Source: Oculina patagonica (taxonomy: Eukaryota). From it: a stretch of DNA of 64,000 nt. This document shows positions 22,805 through 33,783 of this stretch, in pieces (the stretch's first letter is position 1; each line of letters opens with the position of its first letter). Location of the stretch: positions 11,718,001 through 11,782,000 of the forward strand of contig NC_135763.1 in NCBI RefSeq assembly GCF_052425735.1, given 5' to 3'. A program made the position numbers and the translations under genes. Below the pieces are notes generated by a model. The model worked only from the letters and a program-made list of their open reading frames with translations, was not told the DNA's origin and made no database searches.

Positions 22805-25800
22805 TTAATCCTGCCTGCACATCACATCGATTTCACGGATGTTGTTGATTGTTGCTCGGATCTTGGATGACTGGCCTATAATCAGGGTTTCTAGGCACCT
22901 AATGAAACATGACAAAAGTTTCAAAATGAAATTCATATCGAGAAGATGTCAGAAAATAAGAAATACAGTTCTGTACTTATAAAGATTGGGAGGCGCAGTG
23001 GCTCGCTACCCCTCGAGAGAACAACAAACCAAACAAAAGGAACTACGCCCCTAGCCCCAAAAACAACAACTGATAAACTACAGAACAAGAAGCTTACGAG
23101 ATCTGCTACACTACTGGTTAAAGGTGAAGCTCACTCCAGATTGGCCATTTATTTTCTTTACGGCAGTTAAAAGGTTTTACAAAGATATTGTTTTTTGTAT
23201 TCCTTGAAGCTCTGTTTGAGCAAAATGGAGATGCACAAACAGGCTCTTGACAAACAAAAGCCACTACGAAGAAACAAGGAGTTTCGACTATTTAAATTTT
23301 CCCGCCAAACTTCAGAATGAGCTCTTTGACGTCACGCATACATTACCAGCTCCAAGATGGCGGCGTTCAGTTGTCGAGTTTTGGGAATGATTTCGTAGGG
23401 TTATAGCGCACGTTGGAGGTGAAATTTTGGTGAATAACATATCTTTGTATAAACTTGTTATTGGTGTAAAGAAAATAAATGGCCATTCTGGAGTGAACTT
23501 CTCCTTTAAGTTTCAGAATCAGGATTTAAGCGCCAGTTTATTACGCCACTAGGTTCCAAAAAGTCTTCACTCTACTTTACCAACTTTCAAAAAGACGACG
23601 ACAAAGAAACACTTCCTTAGCACTTACTTAGTTTGTTTACCGACGTCTTGCATGCTCTCCAACGCACTCATTCCTGGCGGCGTCTCCATTACACACTGTG
23701 CCCAGATTATAGCCAGATTATTCGAATTCATGAGATTCTCCTCCTGATGTTGTGATATTCTGCGAGTACAAAGTCAACTATAAATTCTCCTTGCTAACTG
23801 TTATACATTTCTTTTAATGTTAGTTCTGGGAATTCGCCGGTGGATAAAGACAGCGTCTCCTGGTTGATGAATTTCAATATTCTCGTCAACACCTCACCTT
23901 GCAAGATGAAAGACAAGTCTTTCGAGAGTGTTTCGACTTGCTCGAGGCAATCTTTGCACCAAATTGTAGAGAGCTTGCAGACGCAACTTTTCTTCACTAA
24001 ATTCTGAAAAAAAAAAAACAAGAAAACAGTTAGCCTTCCTTTAGAGAAACCACCCAGTTTGTAAATGTCAGATAAAAGAATAACGCAGCCCTTCAAGGCT
24101 GCAAGGTACCGCGTGACGGGTCCGTGTGATAACTACAAAAGAGACTAGCAAAGTAAAAGGCAATTCAACACACCTGCAGTGCGAATAAAATCCATGTAAA
24201 AATTCGCAGCGATGATGGGAACCGCCAACTGCCTGAAGAACAGTTTCAATACGCCAGCTACCACGTGTACAGTGTACTCGTCTAAATGCACATTTTCAAT
24301 TCCTGCAAAGGAATGCCGTCACCATTTAGTAAACTCCAAATGTAGGCGCGCTGTCTTAGTAATTTTAGAAAGTCTCTACTAGTAAAAGGACTGGACGAAG
24401 GCAGTCAGTTTTCTATCGGCAAGTAGCCAGGCAACATGACGTAACCTTATGACGTCAAGTTGACGCAAGTACTTGGGCTTGTTTGTGATTGGATGAAAAG
24501 AAAAAGAAATTCTTCGAGCACTTCTACACCAAGAATAGTACTTGCTCCCCCGGAGAAAACCGGCCTCCAATAAAAAATATTAATGAATGCCACTCACCTA
24601 AGGTACAAATGTCGTTCTTTAGCTTTTTAACAGCAACGTGACTCGGAGATTTTCTATAAAGGCCCTCAGTGTACAACCCTATTGAAAAATGAAAATACAT
24701 GTACATGTACAACCGAATTATATTACTAGAATGGAGCAAAAATGGCACGTGTGTGACCACGACAAGTCATACAAAAAAAACTCGACTAAAATAAAAAATA
24801 AAACAAAACGAATCTCTTTAAAAGCGGAAACACACATTTCGGTGCACAACGGTGACGCTATACAGAGCACAACAGCCAGACAAGACAAGATCACAAACGT
24901 TCTACTTGAATTCTGCCCAGGAACTATCGTTCAAAACAGCAGCCGGTTTAATCTAAAATAACGGTTAACTTGCTTGTCAAATCCTAAGTGGGAGATTTTT
25001 TATGTGTTTCCTTAGTTATTCATTTTTTTATTCACCCACACATGCACCACAATCAAACTTCACAATCGACATTGGCACCTACGAAGTGACTCACCTCTTG
25101 ACTCGATGTCTTCAATTAGTTTATCGACTAAAGGTGGAACAGAGTTTTCGTTGGACACTAGACTGGACAGATCACCGCCAAACAGTTCCGTCTGAAAAGG
25201 AAAACAAACAATTGTATTAAAACAAACTCACTAGAGAACACTGTAAAAACTAAGGACCCAATGGGTGACTACAGTGCAAGTAAAATCATCAGTGCCAGAG
25301 CTTAAGAATGAAGAGGCTGGAGAATTGCTACTCCTCCTGGATGGGATGCTAGTCCACTGCAGGGTTACCCCCCATTCAGCATTCTGTCAGGTTTGTGACA
25401 ACAAGTTTTGCGTCTGTGACACGTGATTTGTTGCTCAAAACTCTTAAACGGGAAACGGGCGATGAGAGGCCTTCTTCGGCTGAAAACTGACTGAACTTGA
25501 CTCGACTCGACTAAACTGGACTGAACTGGGGATAGCTCAGAGCAACCACGCTTGCTGCGAGAGAGGAACTTGTCACGGGTTCCAAAGTACCGTCGGATCT
25601 GCTACAACTGGAATCAGGACACAAGAACTTGGACTTCACAGGTTTATTCTTCGTTGCAATTCTTCGATGTAACTCCACGAGATGTAAATCGACTTTACAA
25701 TGATAACAGCGCTCTATATATACTAACGCTAAACTGATTGCGTCATACAAAGTGAATCGAAAGAAGGCTGAATAAAGTCAACTTACAACTCAAACAAGAT

Positions 25801-28800
25801 TGAATAGAGTCGGCATATTTGAAATCGTAAACTAACCAAACTCAATTACGGACAAAAACTAAACAAAAATGAATGTTTATTCAGCCTAGAAAGCTGCCTA
25901 AATTCAAATTGTTTTCGGTAATGGACAAAAAGAAAATCGAAATTAACTTCTCTTTATATTTTTCTTTTGAATACAACCCTAGTTTAAACAGCGACAACTT
26001 ACACGCGCGTTTATTTACTTAAGCACTAAAGCTATTTACTTTATGTGTTAAAAGTGCTGTTTGCTTACACAACTTATCTTTGCATAGTTTTCCGGTGAAG
26101 CTAACTCTAAAAGTGCAAAGGTCCTATATTATGCTAAATTTTACTTAAAGGGACTATGTCACGGCTAATTTAATTTTATGTTATAAAATATAGTCAAATA
26201 TTCGCTATGAAACTAAATGTTTGCAAAGAAATTAATTCTATGTTTCTAAATAAAAAAAACCATAGCTTCATTGCAGTCAATGTGTTTCCCGGGAGTTATA
26301 ATTTAAAATTACAAGCAGACTAAATTAACTTTGAAAACTGTTCCGCCGGACCATATTTCAAAAACCCATATCGCAATCCGTTTCAATCTTCGTCGCTTTT
26401 GGCCATCCTTGCCTTCTTTTGTATTTGCTGTGTTATTGGGATGTTCCTTCACTGTTTTAAGAGGTTATTTTGTATATTTAAACGAATTTGATGGTCATTT
26501 CCTATGCCAAAGTTTGGCTTAAATCCGTGACACGGTTCCGTTAACATTGATAACGGCTCTCCTGACAGGTTGCCACCCACAATTTGCCGTTACCCATTTA
26601 TTCTACTGGGTAAGGAGAGGCATTGTGTGAGTAAAAGGTCTTGCCCAAGAACACAATGCAGTGTTTCCAGCCAGTGTTTGAACACGGCCCTCTCGATGCG
26701 AAATCCAAGTAAAATCATTGGGTCACTGCGCTTCTTTTCTCCAAAAATAATAGCTGTGGAACAATACAATACAATACTTTAATTTGACACTCCCCTTACG
26801 GGGCTTTTCAGTGACAATAGGTCCACATCAACGTAGGTCCACATCAAGTTAAAGCTTCGTTTTACAGACTGTCGTTTGTGCTAAAATTTGTTTTTTAGTA
26901 CTGAAGGATAACAGAACGGAAGTATCTATAGTGAGTTCTTACCTTTCCTTTTGAGTTGTTTGTTCCTTTGCGACAAATGTTCTTGGACTTGGCGTGACAC
27001 TTCTTGTGACAAGTGAATCTGCACTCTGCAAAGAAGCACATCGAAACAGCATTGAGGATGAAATTGCATGCTTATCGCTTCCGGGGCTGGGAACAGTATG
27101 CTCTTTTGGAACAAAATTAAATGAAGTAATTAACTTGACAGAAATGGGTTTAAGACGCCGGCTGCCTGCTAATTAAAGGTGCTATGTCACGCAATTTTAG
27201 GCAATTTCAGCATTGGCCAACTGGTCATAGAATTAACTGAAATACCACACTAACGGCTTAAAGCTGTAGAAGAACTCAAAAGAAACACAGAAAGGCCAAG
27301 AAAGGGCATGGATGGGCAAAATTCGAGAAGATTAAAACGGATTGCGTTCGGGCAAACTTGAAAAACGTCGGGCCGACTTTGTTCAAGTTTATCTCAATTT
27401 GAATGAAAGTGTCATTAACAATGCTCGAAAATCGTTCTTGTTTGTTACGAAGCCGTGATTTTACCAATCAAAGAATTTTGCTCTGCCAATTTGAAGTTTA
27501 GAGCTCCTAATTAGCAAAAATTAATAGAATTACATAAAATACCGCGACCTAGCCCCTTTAAAGATAAGGTTACGTTTGCATCAGGCTTAAGTGTCACAAA
27601 CCACCGAAGCTTATCCCGTAGAACGAAGTGATTAGGAGTATTTCTACACTCCCCTGAATGGAATGCTAGTCCAGCCTCTTGTTACCCCAGCACTCATTTC
27701 GTCGATACCCCATTATAAACCTGGGTGGAGCGAGGCACTGCGAGAGTAAAGTTTCTTGTCCAAGAACACTATAATACCAGGAAACACTCCTCCTCCTTTT
27801 ATTTAGAAAAGATAAGATTGGAGAGTTTAATTGTAAGTTCACGAATTTAGTCCTCATATGTTCTGTGTACTTTAATTATCTTTATACGATTTTTTTTGTA
27901 TAAACAGGACCCACTTTGATAGCAGTTTTTATAACTGAGATTCTCACCCTGTAAAAGAAGGGTAAAGAACACAATACATTGACTCCAAGCTGAGTTCGAA
28001 CTACCAGGTTGATCAAAGCAACTAATCCACTGAGGGTCATAAACGTGAAGTTTGATTTCAGTTTTTTAACTTTTCAGTTTTTTTTTACAACAACAACAAC
28101 AACATTTGAGCTTTATTTGTATGACCATAAAACATTACAGTATTGCAAAAGCATAAGGTGATATATTATAGTAATAATTACAATAAAAAGTCATTGAACA
28201 AAACTAATCAAATAATCAGTGATCAAGAATTTGATAATAATTTGTCTCTCATTTCAATACATACTAGTTATGCAACGCTTTCGAGTGGTATACTATGGAA
28301 TATCCAGCGAGTCACTTGTATTTTCTCGGTATACACACGAGCCTTTAGGCTCGTGTGTATATTATACCATGCCATAGAAAATACGCTCTTTTATACCATG
28401 CCATAGAAAATACGCTCACTAAATTTCATCGAGAATAAGATCGCAGCGCACGATGGGAAGGTTGGGTTGAATACCGTCGAATATACAACGGCTTTCCTGT
28501 ATTCTGATTGACTGTATTTTCTATTGCATGGTATAAAGGACGATATAAACTGCACTAATTGCATATTAATATAATAGTCAGTGGAGTTCATTAATTGCAC
28601 AATCAAGGTTTAAATTGATAACTTCTGGGGATTCGAAATTATATGATCTATTTTACTGAAAAAGATGTCTCTAATTGATGAATATCTTGGACAATGAAAA
28701 AGAAAATGGGTTTCATCTTCAACATTATGCACACAAATAGTGCAAAGTCTGTCACTTCTAGGGATATTGTTATATCTTCCTGCTTCAATTAGGAGTTTGT

Positions 28801-28989
28801 GATTACTTATTGTCTCTGTCCTCCAATTTTGACATCGACTATTCTCAAACTCTTCAAAACATAAGCAATAAGCAATGAATTACCTTGACAGACAAATCCT
28901 TTCTTGAGTCTCCTGATAAACCCTCCACAATGCTCGCAAAATGTTGGATTACTAAACTGTGTCGTGGAAAACTTATGGCCGTTAAACAC
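22805..28989 (-). CDS. Duplicated MYO9 C1-RhoGAP cassette (8 exons, 275 codons, open, new stop); functional alternative tail/new gene or young pseudogene
   Basis: Exons 28989-28884, 27025-26943, 25191-25095, 24678-24598, 24302-24174, 24003-23898, 23759-23628 and 22898-22805. The first seven have the same lengths as the 43753-39804 exons, all splice sites are intact and the arginine finger is kept. Ends IREIDVMCRQD* after a ~2.2 kb deletion. No own start exon found. Confidence 0.6.
23122..23505. mobile_element. Kolobok-like MITE (internally deleted copy)
   Basis: TTAA|aggtgaagctcactccagattggccatttattttcttta ... taaagaaaataaatggccattctggagtgaacttctcct|TTAA. Confidence 0.75.
25394..26567 (+). 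mobile_element. Solo LTR (Gypsy-like) inserted in a SINE, carrying a nested Kolobok-like MITE
   Basis: Starts TGTGACA and ends CCTGACA, 4-bp target duplication ggtt (25390-25393 / 26568-26571), TATA-like ctctatatata at ~25712 and AATAAA at ~25771. Copy B has the uninterrupted SINE at ~42540. Confidence 0.7.
26149..26540. mobile_element. Kolobok-like MITE nested in the solo LTR
   Basis: TTAA|agggactatgtcacgg ... ccgtgacacggttccg|TTAA. Confidence 0.7.
27177..27557. mobile_element. Kolobok-like MITE; related decayed copies at ~47215-47445, ~40145-40570 and from ~60933
   Basis: TTAA|aggtgctatgtcacgcaatttt ... aaaataccgcgacctagcccct|TTAA. Confidence 0.7.
28260..28536. mobile_element. Hairpin-containing repeat element
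   Basis: tatacacacgagcctttaggctcgtgtgtata hairpin plus ttataccatgccatagaaaatac (duplicated in tandem) / gtattttctattgcatggtataa inverted pair. Confidence 0.55.
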
Positions 28990-29025
28990 CTGCAAAGAAA
29001 AAACCTACTTTTAAGCAATGCATTT

Positions 29026-31150
29026 TCAAAAAGTTATAACTTTCTATACAGATATTGACACGAAATGCAACTTACACAAGCACGCACATGACTAAGTGTG
29101 CTACCCATCGCAAGTATAAAGGAGATGTCTATCGCAATCTATTAATTTTACAGTGATATTCTTAAGGACTGCACAGTTATTTATCGATATTAAGCTACAA
29201 ATTACATAACCATAGTAGGTTAACCGGAAGTGGGGTACTTTCCAAGCTACAAATTACATTACCATGGTAGGTAAACCGGAAGTGGGGTACTTTCGGCCAG
29301 TGTCGAGGTGTTATTATTATGTGCCTTAATAAATCGAAAATTGTTGTTGCGATAGACATCTCCTTACTTGTGATGGGGGTAGCACATTTAGTTATGTGCT
29401 CGCTTGTTTAATAGTTGCATTTCGTGTCAATGTCTGCAAAGAAAGTTATAAAACTTTTTGAAAACCGCGTATGGTGAGTGAAACGTTAAGCTGGCCATAT
29501 GCTGTTGGCCCTTATCTCGCGATGCAACGTTTTTCGTTGCAAGAGTCGGTCGGAGTCAAAAGTTATTAAACCACAAAATCGGCATCCGCTACTTCCGTAT
29601 AGCAGGACCGGAAGTAGTCATTTCCGGACATATCACCAGTGTTGTTATGTACCAAAATGGATCGATAACTGTTGCTGCGATGGAGATCTCCTCCCTTGCG
29701 ATGAATAGTACACCTAGTCATGTGCTCGCTTGTTTAGTTGCATTTCATTTCAATGTCTGCAAAGAAAGTTATAACTTTTTGAAAACCGCATGTGGTGAGT
29801 GAAACGTTAAGCTGGCCATATGCTGTTGGCTGATATATAATTGACGTTTGTGCCGATGGCCTGTTGGTGGGTTGCGATGAATAAAAGACCTTATTAGCTA
29901 ACAATACATACTGTTAATTTAACAGTGATATTTTTAAGGAGTGTTAAGTTATTAAGCTACAAACTACATCACTATAGTATCGGGACCATAGTAGCTGAAC
30001 CGGAAGTTGGATACTTTTGACCAGTGTCAAGGTGTTATTATGTCCCTTAATAATTCGATAATTGTTGTTGCGATAGATATATCCTCACTTGCGATGGGTA
30101 GCACACTTAGTTATGTGCGTGCATGTGTATGTTGCATTTCGTGTCAATATCTGTATAGAAAGTTATAACTTTTTGAAAATGGCAAGTGGCGAGTCAAACG
30201 TAATGGCGGCCGTACTTTGTTGGCTTATATGTATTTGAGGAACGTTGCGATGATCTTGCAGGTGATTGCAATGAGTGATACACCTTGTTATCTTGCGATG
30301 TTGAGTTTTTCGGTATAATTCTTGGTCTAAGTCAAAAGTTATTAAACCACAAAATCGGCATCCGGGCTGCAGAACCGGAAGTAGTCTTTTCAAGTAGTCA
30401 TTTCCTGTTTCATCTTCATGAAGTAGTCTGGAGAACTTCGCTTCGATACACTAAATGAATTTCTTCAGTTTCTGTAAGAAATTTTGCGGCGGTTATAGGT
30501 CGAAATTCAAGCAACTTACTGCAAAATCAAAAATTATGTTGCGTGTGTCATTACGTGTATAAAGCATTCGTGTACAAATTCTTCGTGTTTCCAAATATGG
30601 TATTTAAAAATCACTATTTAGCAAAATGAATATTCAAACGCTGTGCACGCGCGTAACACGTTCGGCAAGCCTTATGGGTTTCTGCTGATATATAATTGAC
30701 ATTTCATTGTGGCGATGGCCTGTTGGTGGGTTGCGATAAATTGAAGACCGTATTAGCTTATTTTGCAGTGATATTTTTAATGAGTGGAAAGTTATTAAGC
30801 CACAAAGTCGATTACCGGATTTGGTAAACCGGAAGTGGGTTTCTGTGGGCCCGGAGTACCGGTGTCGTTTTGTTAAAACTGCTGTTGCGATGGATATTCT
30901 GAAAAATGCGATGTATAGTACACCTAGTTGTGTGCCTGTTTCTTTATTTTTGTTTAATTTCATTGCCGGTATAAAAAGTTATAACGTTTTGAAAATGGCA
31001 CATCGTTGGGTAATACTTCGTAAGCTGATATACCTTGAGCATGTGTTGCGATCGGCGAGTGAAATATTGCGATGGCTACAGCAACGAGGGTAGCATCACT
31101 CTTGGAAAGAACCGAATTTTTAACCTAATTTTCTCAAGTTATAACGCAAC
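29026..31150. repeat. Degenerate tandem/inverted repeat block at the duplication junction
   Basis: 4-5 related ~300-400-bp units sharing aaagttattaagc..caaa, accggaagt, ttgcgat and aaagttataactttttgaaaa. 29026-29115 is the reverse complement of ~30087-30178. Confidence 0.75.
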
Positions 31151-32070
31151 AAACTTCGCAAACTTTGCACAATGAAAAAACGTGACAAGAAAAGCTATTT
31201 TTAAAAACAAATGCAAAAATAACATTTTGTTTTTGTTCTAGCACTTTGTTTGCTGTATCTGAATAAGGAAAATGCCTGTCAATTCTTTTTTTTTTTCGAA
31301 GAATGGAAGTTTAGATATCAAATGGGAAATCGGTAACCGGTAACCGGTAACCAGATTGCAACTGGTGATTAATCATTTTTTCGTCATCCAGGCTCTGTTG
31401 TTGTGCGAGGTGGTCACGTGACGTGTTCGCATCAAAAGTTTTCACAACTGGCTAATATGTCGGTAAAGATTGAAACCCAGTGTTTCACTACTAGGAATTC
31501 TGAGAACGCTTTGGTAACAAGTATGACTCATGATTGGTCGACCAATAACGCAACCTTCGACCAATCATAGCTAAGAAATACTAGTGCCGAAGTTTGCTGC
31601 TCAGCATGTTTGCTCGTACAATCGTCCAATATATGAACCCAGAGGAAAAAATCTGAAAATCGAATGGTTCGAAAAACATTTCCGCAAAATCTTGTCGCAA
31701 ATAGTGAGACACCTCCAGAAGTATTCCCATAGTGCTCTTTGAGGACAACCTTAAGGTCAACTGGTTTTAAAAAAAAGACCTTACTGTGAAATTTGACTGT
31801 CCGTCTGTACTGTGTTTATCAAGCGCTCTTAATGAAATTCTCAGAGCTAACATTTATTGGAAAGAAAGACGTTGTTAGGGAGAATTTCTAGTTTTAAACT
31901 GTGAACTGAAATCAGTCTTAAAAGAGAGCGAGTTGTCTTTTTTAACATACTTAACTTAGGACCTGTAAAAGTGCTTTCAAGTTCTTTGTCTCGTTTGGTT
32001 TGTTAACATGACTCCCGTGTTTGGTTTTCTTATTTTTAAACATTTCTTTTTTTTTGCCTGATATCTGCAG

Positions 32071-33783
32071 GGTCCTAAAACTAACATGACCAAACACCTT
32101 CAGGAGAACTCAGAGGAACATTTACAGCTGGCATTGGAGGTGATCAAACAACAGAGGACTGAGATGGGAATACAGCGAGGCCGGCTAAGAAAACAAGAGG
32201 AGAATATCACTCAGCTTATGGAAAGTGTCAGCAAGTTGACGGCACTTTGCGAAGAAACACTCAAAAGTAACGCGGAGCAGGAGAAAACCATCAATCGTTT
32301 GTCGGAACAAGTAAAAGAGCAGAAGAAACATCAATCGAAACACGAGAAGGAACTGAGGCAAAGAATTACCGAGCTGGAAAAACGGGGACCAAAAAATGCC
32401 CCAAAACGGTTTTTTTCGTTACCTGGGACTGAACGGTTACAGGGAACTTGTCTGGCGAATTTCCAGCTTCTCCCGAAGATTGCAGCGAGTTCAGTCTATT
32501 TCAGTTCAGTCTAGCTCAGTTCAGTTCAGTGAACCATTCTATACCTCGGCGTTCGGTTACAAAGTCGTAGTCTGGGCGTACCTTAATGGGAGAGGCAAAG
32601 AAGCGGGGACCTGTTTGTATTTGTACGCATGCGTCATGTCTGGGGAGTATGACGCAATACTTCAATGGCCAATCAAACCGCACTACACGTTCAGCTTGCT
32701 GGATCAAAACCCGAACTGTGAAGCAAGGAAGGACAACAGATCACTACTAAGTAAACCACCATAGCCAGTCATTGCGTCTGTTTCTTACACAAACATAACT
32801 ATTAGGATTTTTTTTTTACCATCTAGCCAGTAAACCCTCTAGTCAGTCAGTCTTATGGATGGTTTTCTGCACTTTCGACCTTCGTCTGCTCAGTCTGTGT
32901 GTTCAGACCTGTCACGTGCTTATGCACATGTCAGGCTGTTTCACTCAGCAGTTTATTCGGATCGTTTGTTTTTGCAGTCTTCATCCGTTACTTACATAAA
33001 CAGTAAAAGCCGAAATATTAAAACCTACTGAGTTCCGAAACTTTTTGGTTTTAATATCACAAATGGCATCCCACAGTGTTGGAACTATTCCTTCGCTTCA
33101 AAAAATCAAAAACAGTTTGAAACGTGGTTTAGAGAGATTTACCCTGATTTGGCTTTTAGTTTTATTTATACGTTACAATACGGATAAAAGATCAATGTAA
33201 CGTCTTCCCGCGCGCGCTTATCCCCTTTTTTTCTAGCTTACTCTTCGCGAAATAATTATCTCTCTAAGGGGTCTGTCACTGTGCCCCTGACGAGAATGGC
33301 AGACTTTCTGAGCTTTCATGACAATCTTCTCCGATCCAGGAAAACTTATTTGTGAGCTCACTATTATAATTTCTTCAATTTAAATAACAATGGTAATGTA
33401 CCTAAGCGATAAAGTTAAATAGGGATAACAGGTCACTACTAAGTAAACCACCATAGCCACTCATTGCGTCGGTTACTTACACAAATATAACTATTAGGAC
33501 TTTTTTCTTTACCATCTAGTCAGTAAACCCTCTAGTCAGTCAGTCTTATGGATGGTTTTCTGCACTTTCGACCTTCGTCTGCTTAGTCTGCTTAGTCTGT
33601 TTGTTCAGACCTTTCAAGCGCGATGACGTCAGAAGGAAAGGGATTGATAGGCCTGGTCGGGATGAGAGAGCAATCATTGTTGGATTTGACGATTTCATTA
33701 AACACGAAGAACTCGAAGCTGGGAACTTTCTTGTGGATGACACCCTATTCATCCGAGTTCTCGTAGACATGCCTGAATCATAG
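32071..33783 (+). pseudogene. Disrupted duplicate of the TRAF terminal exon
   Basis: Near-identical to 18208-19062 with an intact acceptor (ctgcag|GGT). Carries a +1 frameshift at ~32391-32397, a (TTCAG)n replacement at ~32497-32528, and an ~880-bp insertion at ~32730-33612 that removes ~27 bp of the MATH domain. Confidence 0.85.
32730..33612. mobile_element. Insertion with ~180-bp direct terminal repeats inside the TRAF pseudo-exon
   Basis: ~32730-32910 and ~33424-33612 are direct repeats (tcactactaagtaaaccaccatagcc...gttcagacct) around a ~510-bp non-coding core. Confidence 0.7.

Larger units (their letters stand above)
17186..29025. repeat. Segmental tandem duplication, copy A (intact TRAF 3' end + MYO9 C1-RhoGAP duplicate)
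   Basis: Collinear with copy B from gtggtcacgtgacgtgttcgcatc (~17186 vs ~31410) to taagcaatgc (~29021 vs ~43785). Confidence 0.9.

Noticed and set aside
22946-23170. ORF shared with 38931-39173
   Set aside because: Similarity reflects the duplication of intronic DNA, and the ORF runs into a MITE.
23794-24096. 100-aa minus-strand ORF
   Set aside because: Wrong frame over the RhoGAP exon 24003-23898 plus intron; the spliced frame is the conserved one.
33420-33437. I-SceI-like site TAGGGATAACAGGTCACT
   Set aside because: Only the first 13 bases match contiguously, the sister repeat lacks the match, and there is no vector or homing-endonuclease context; treated as coincidence.
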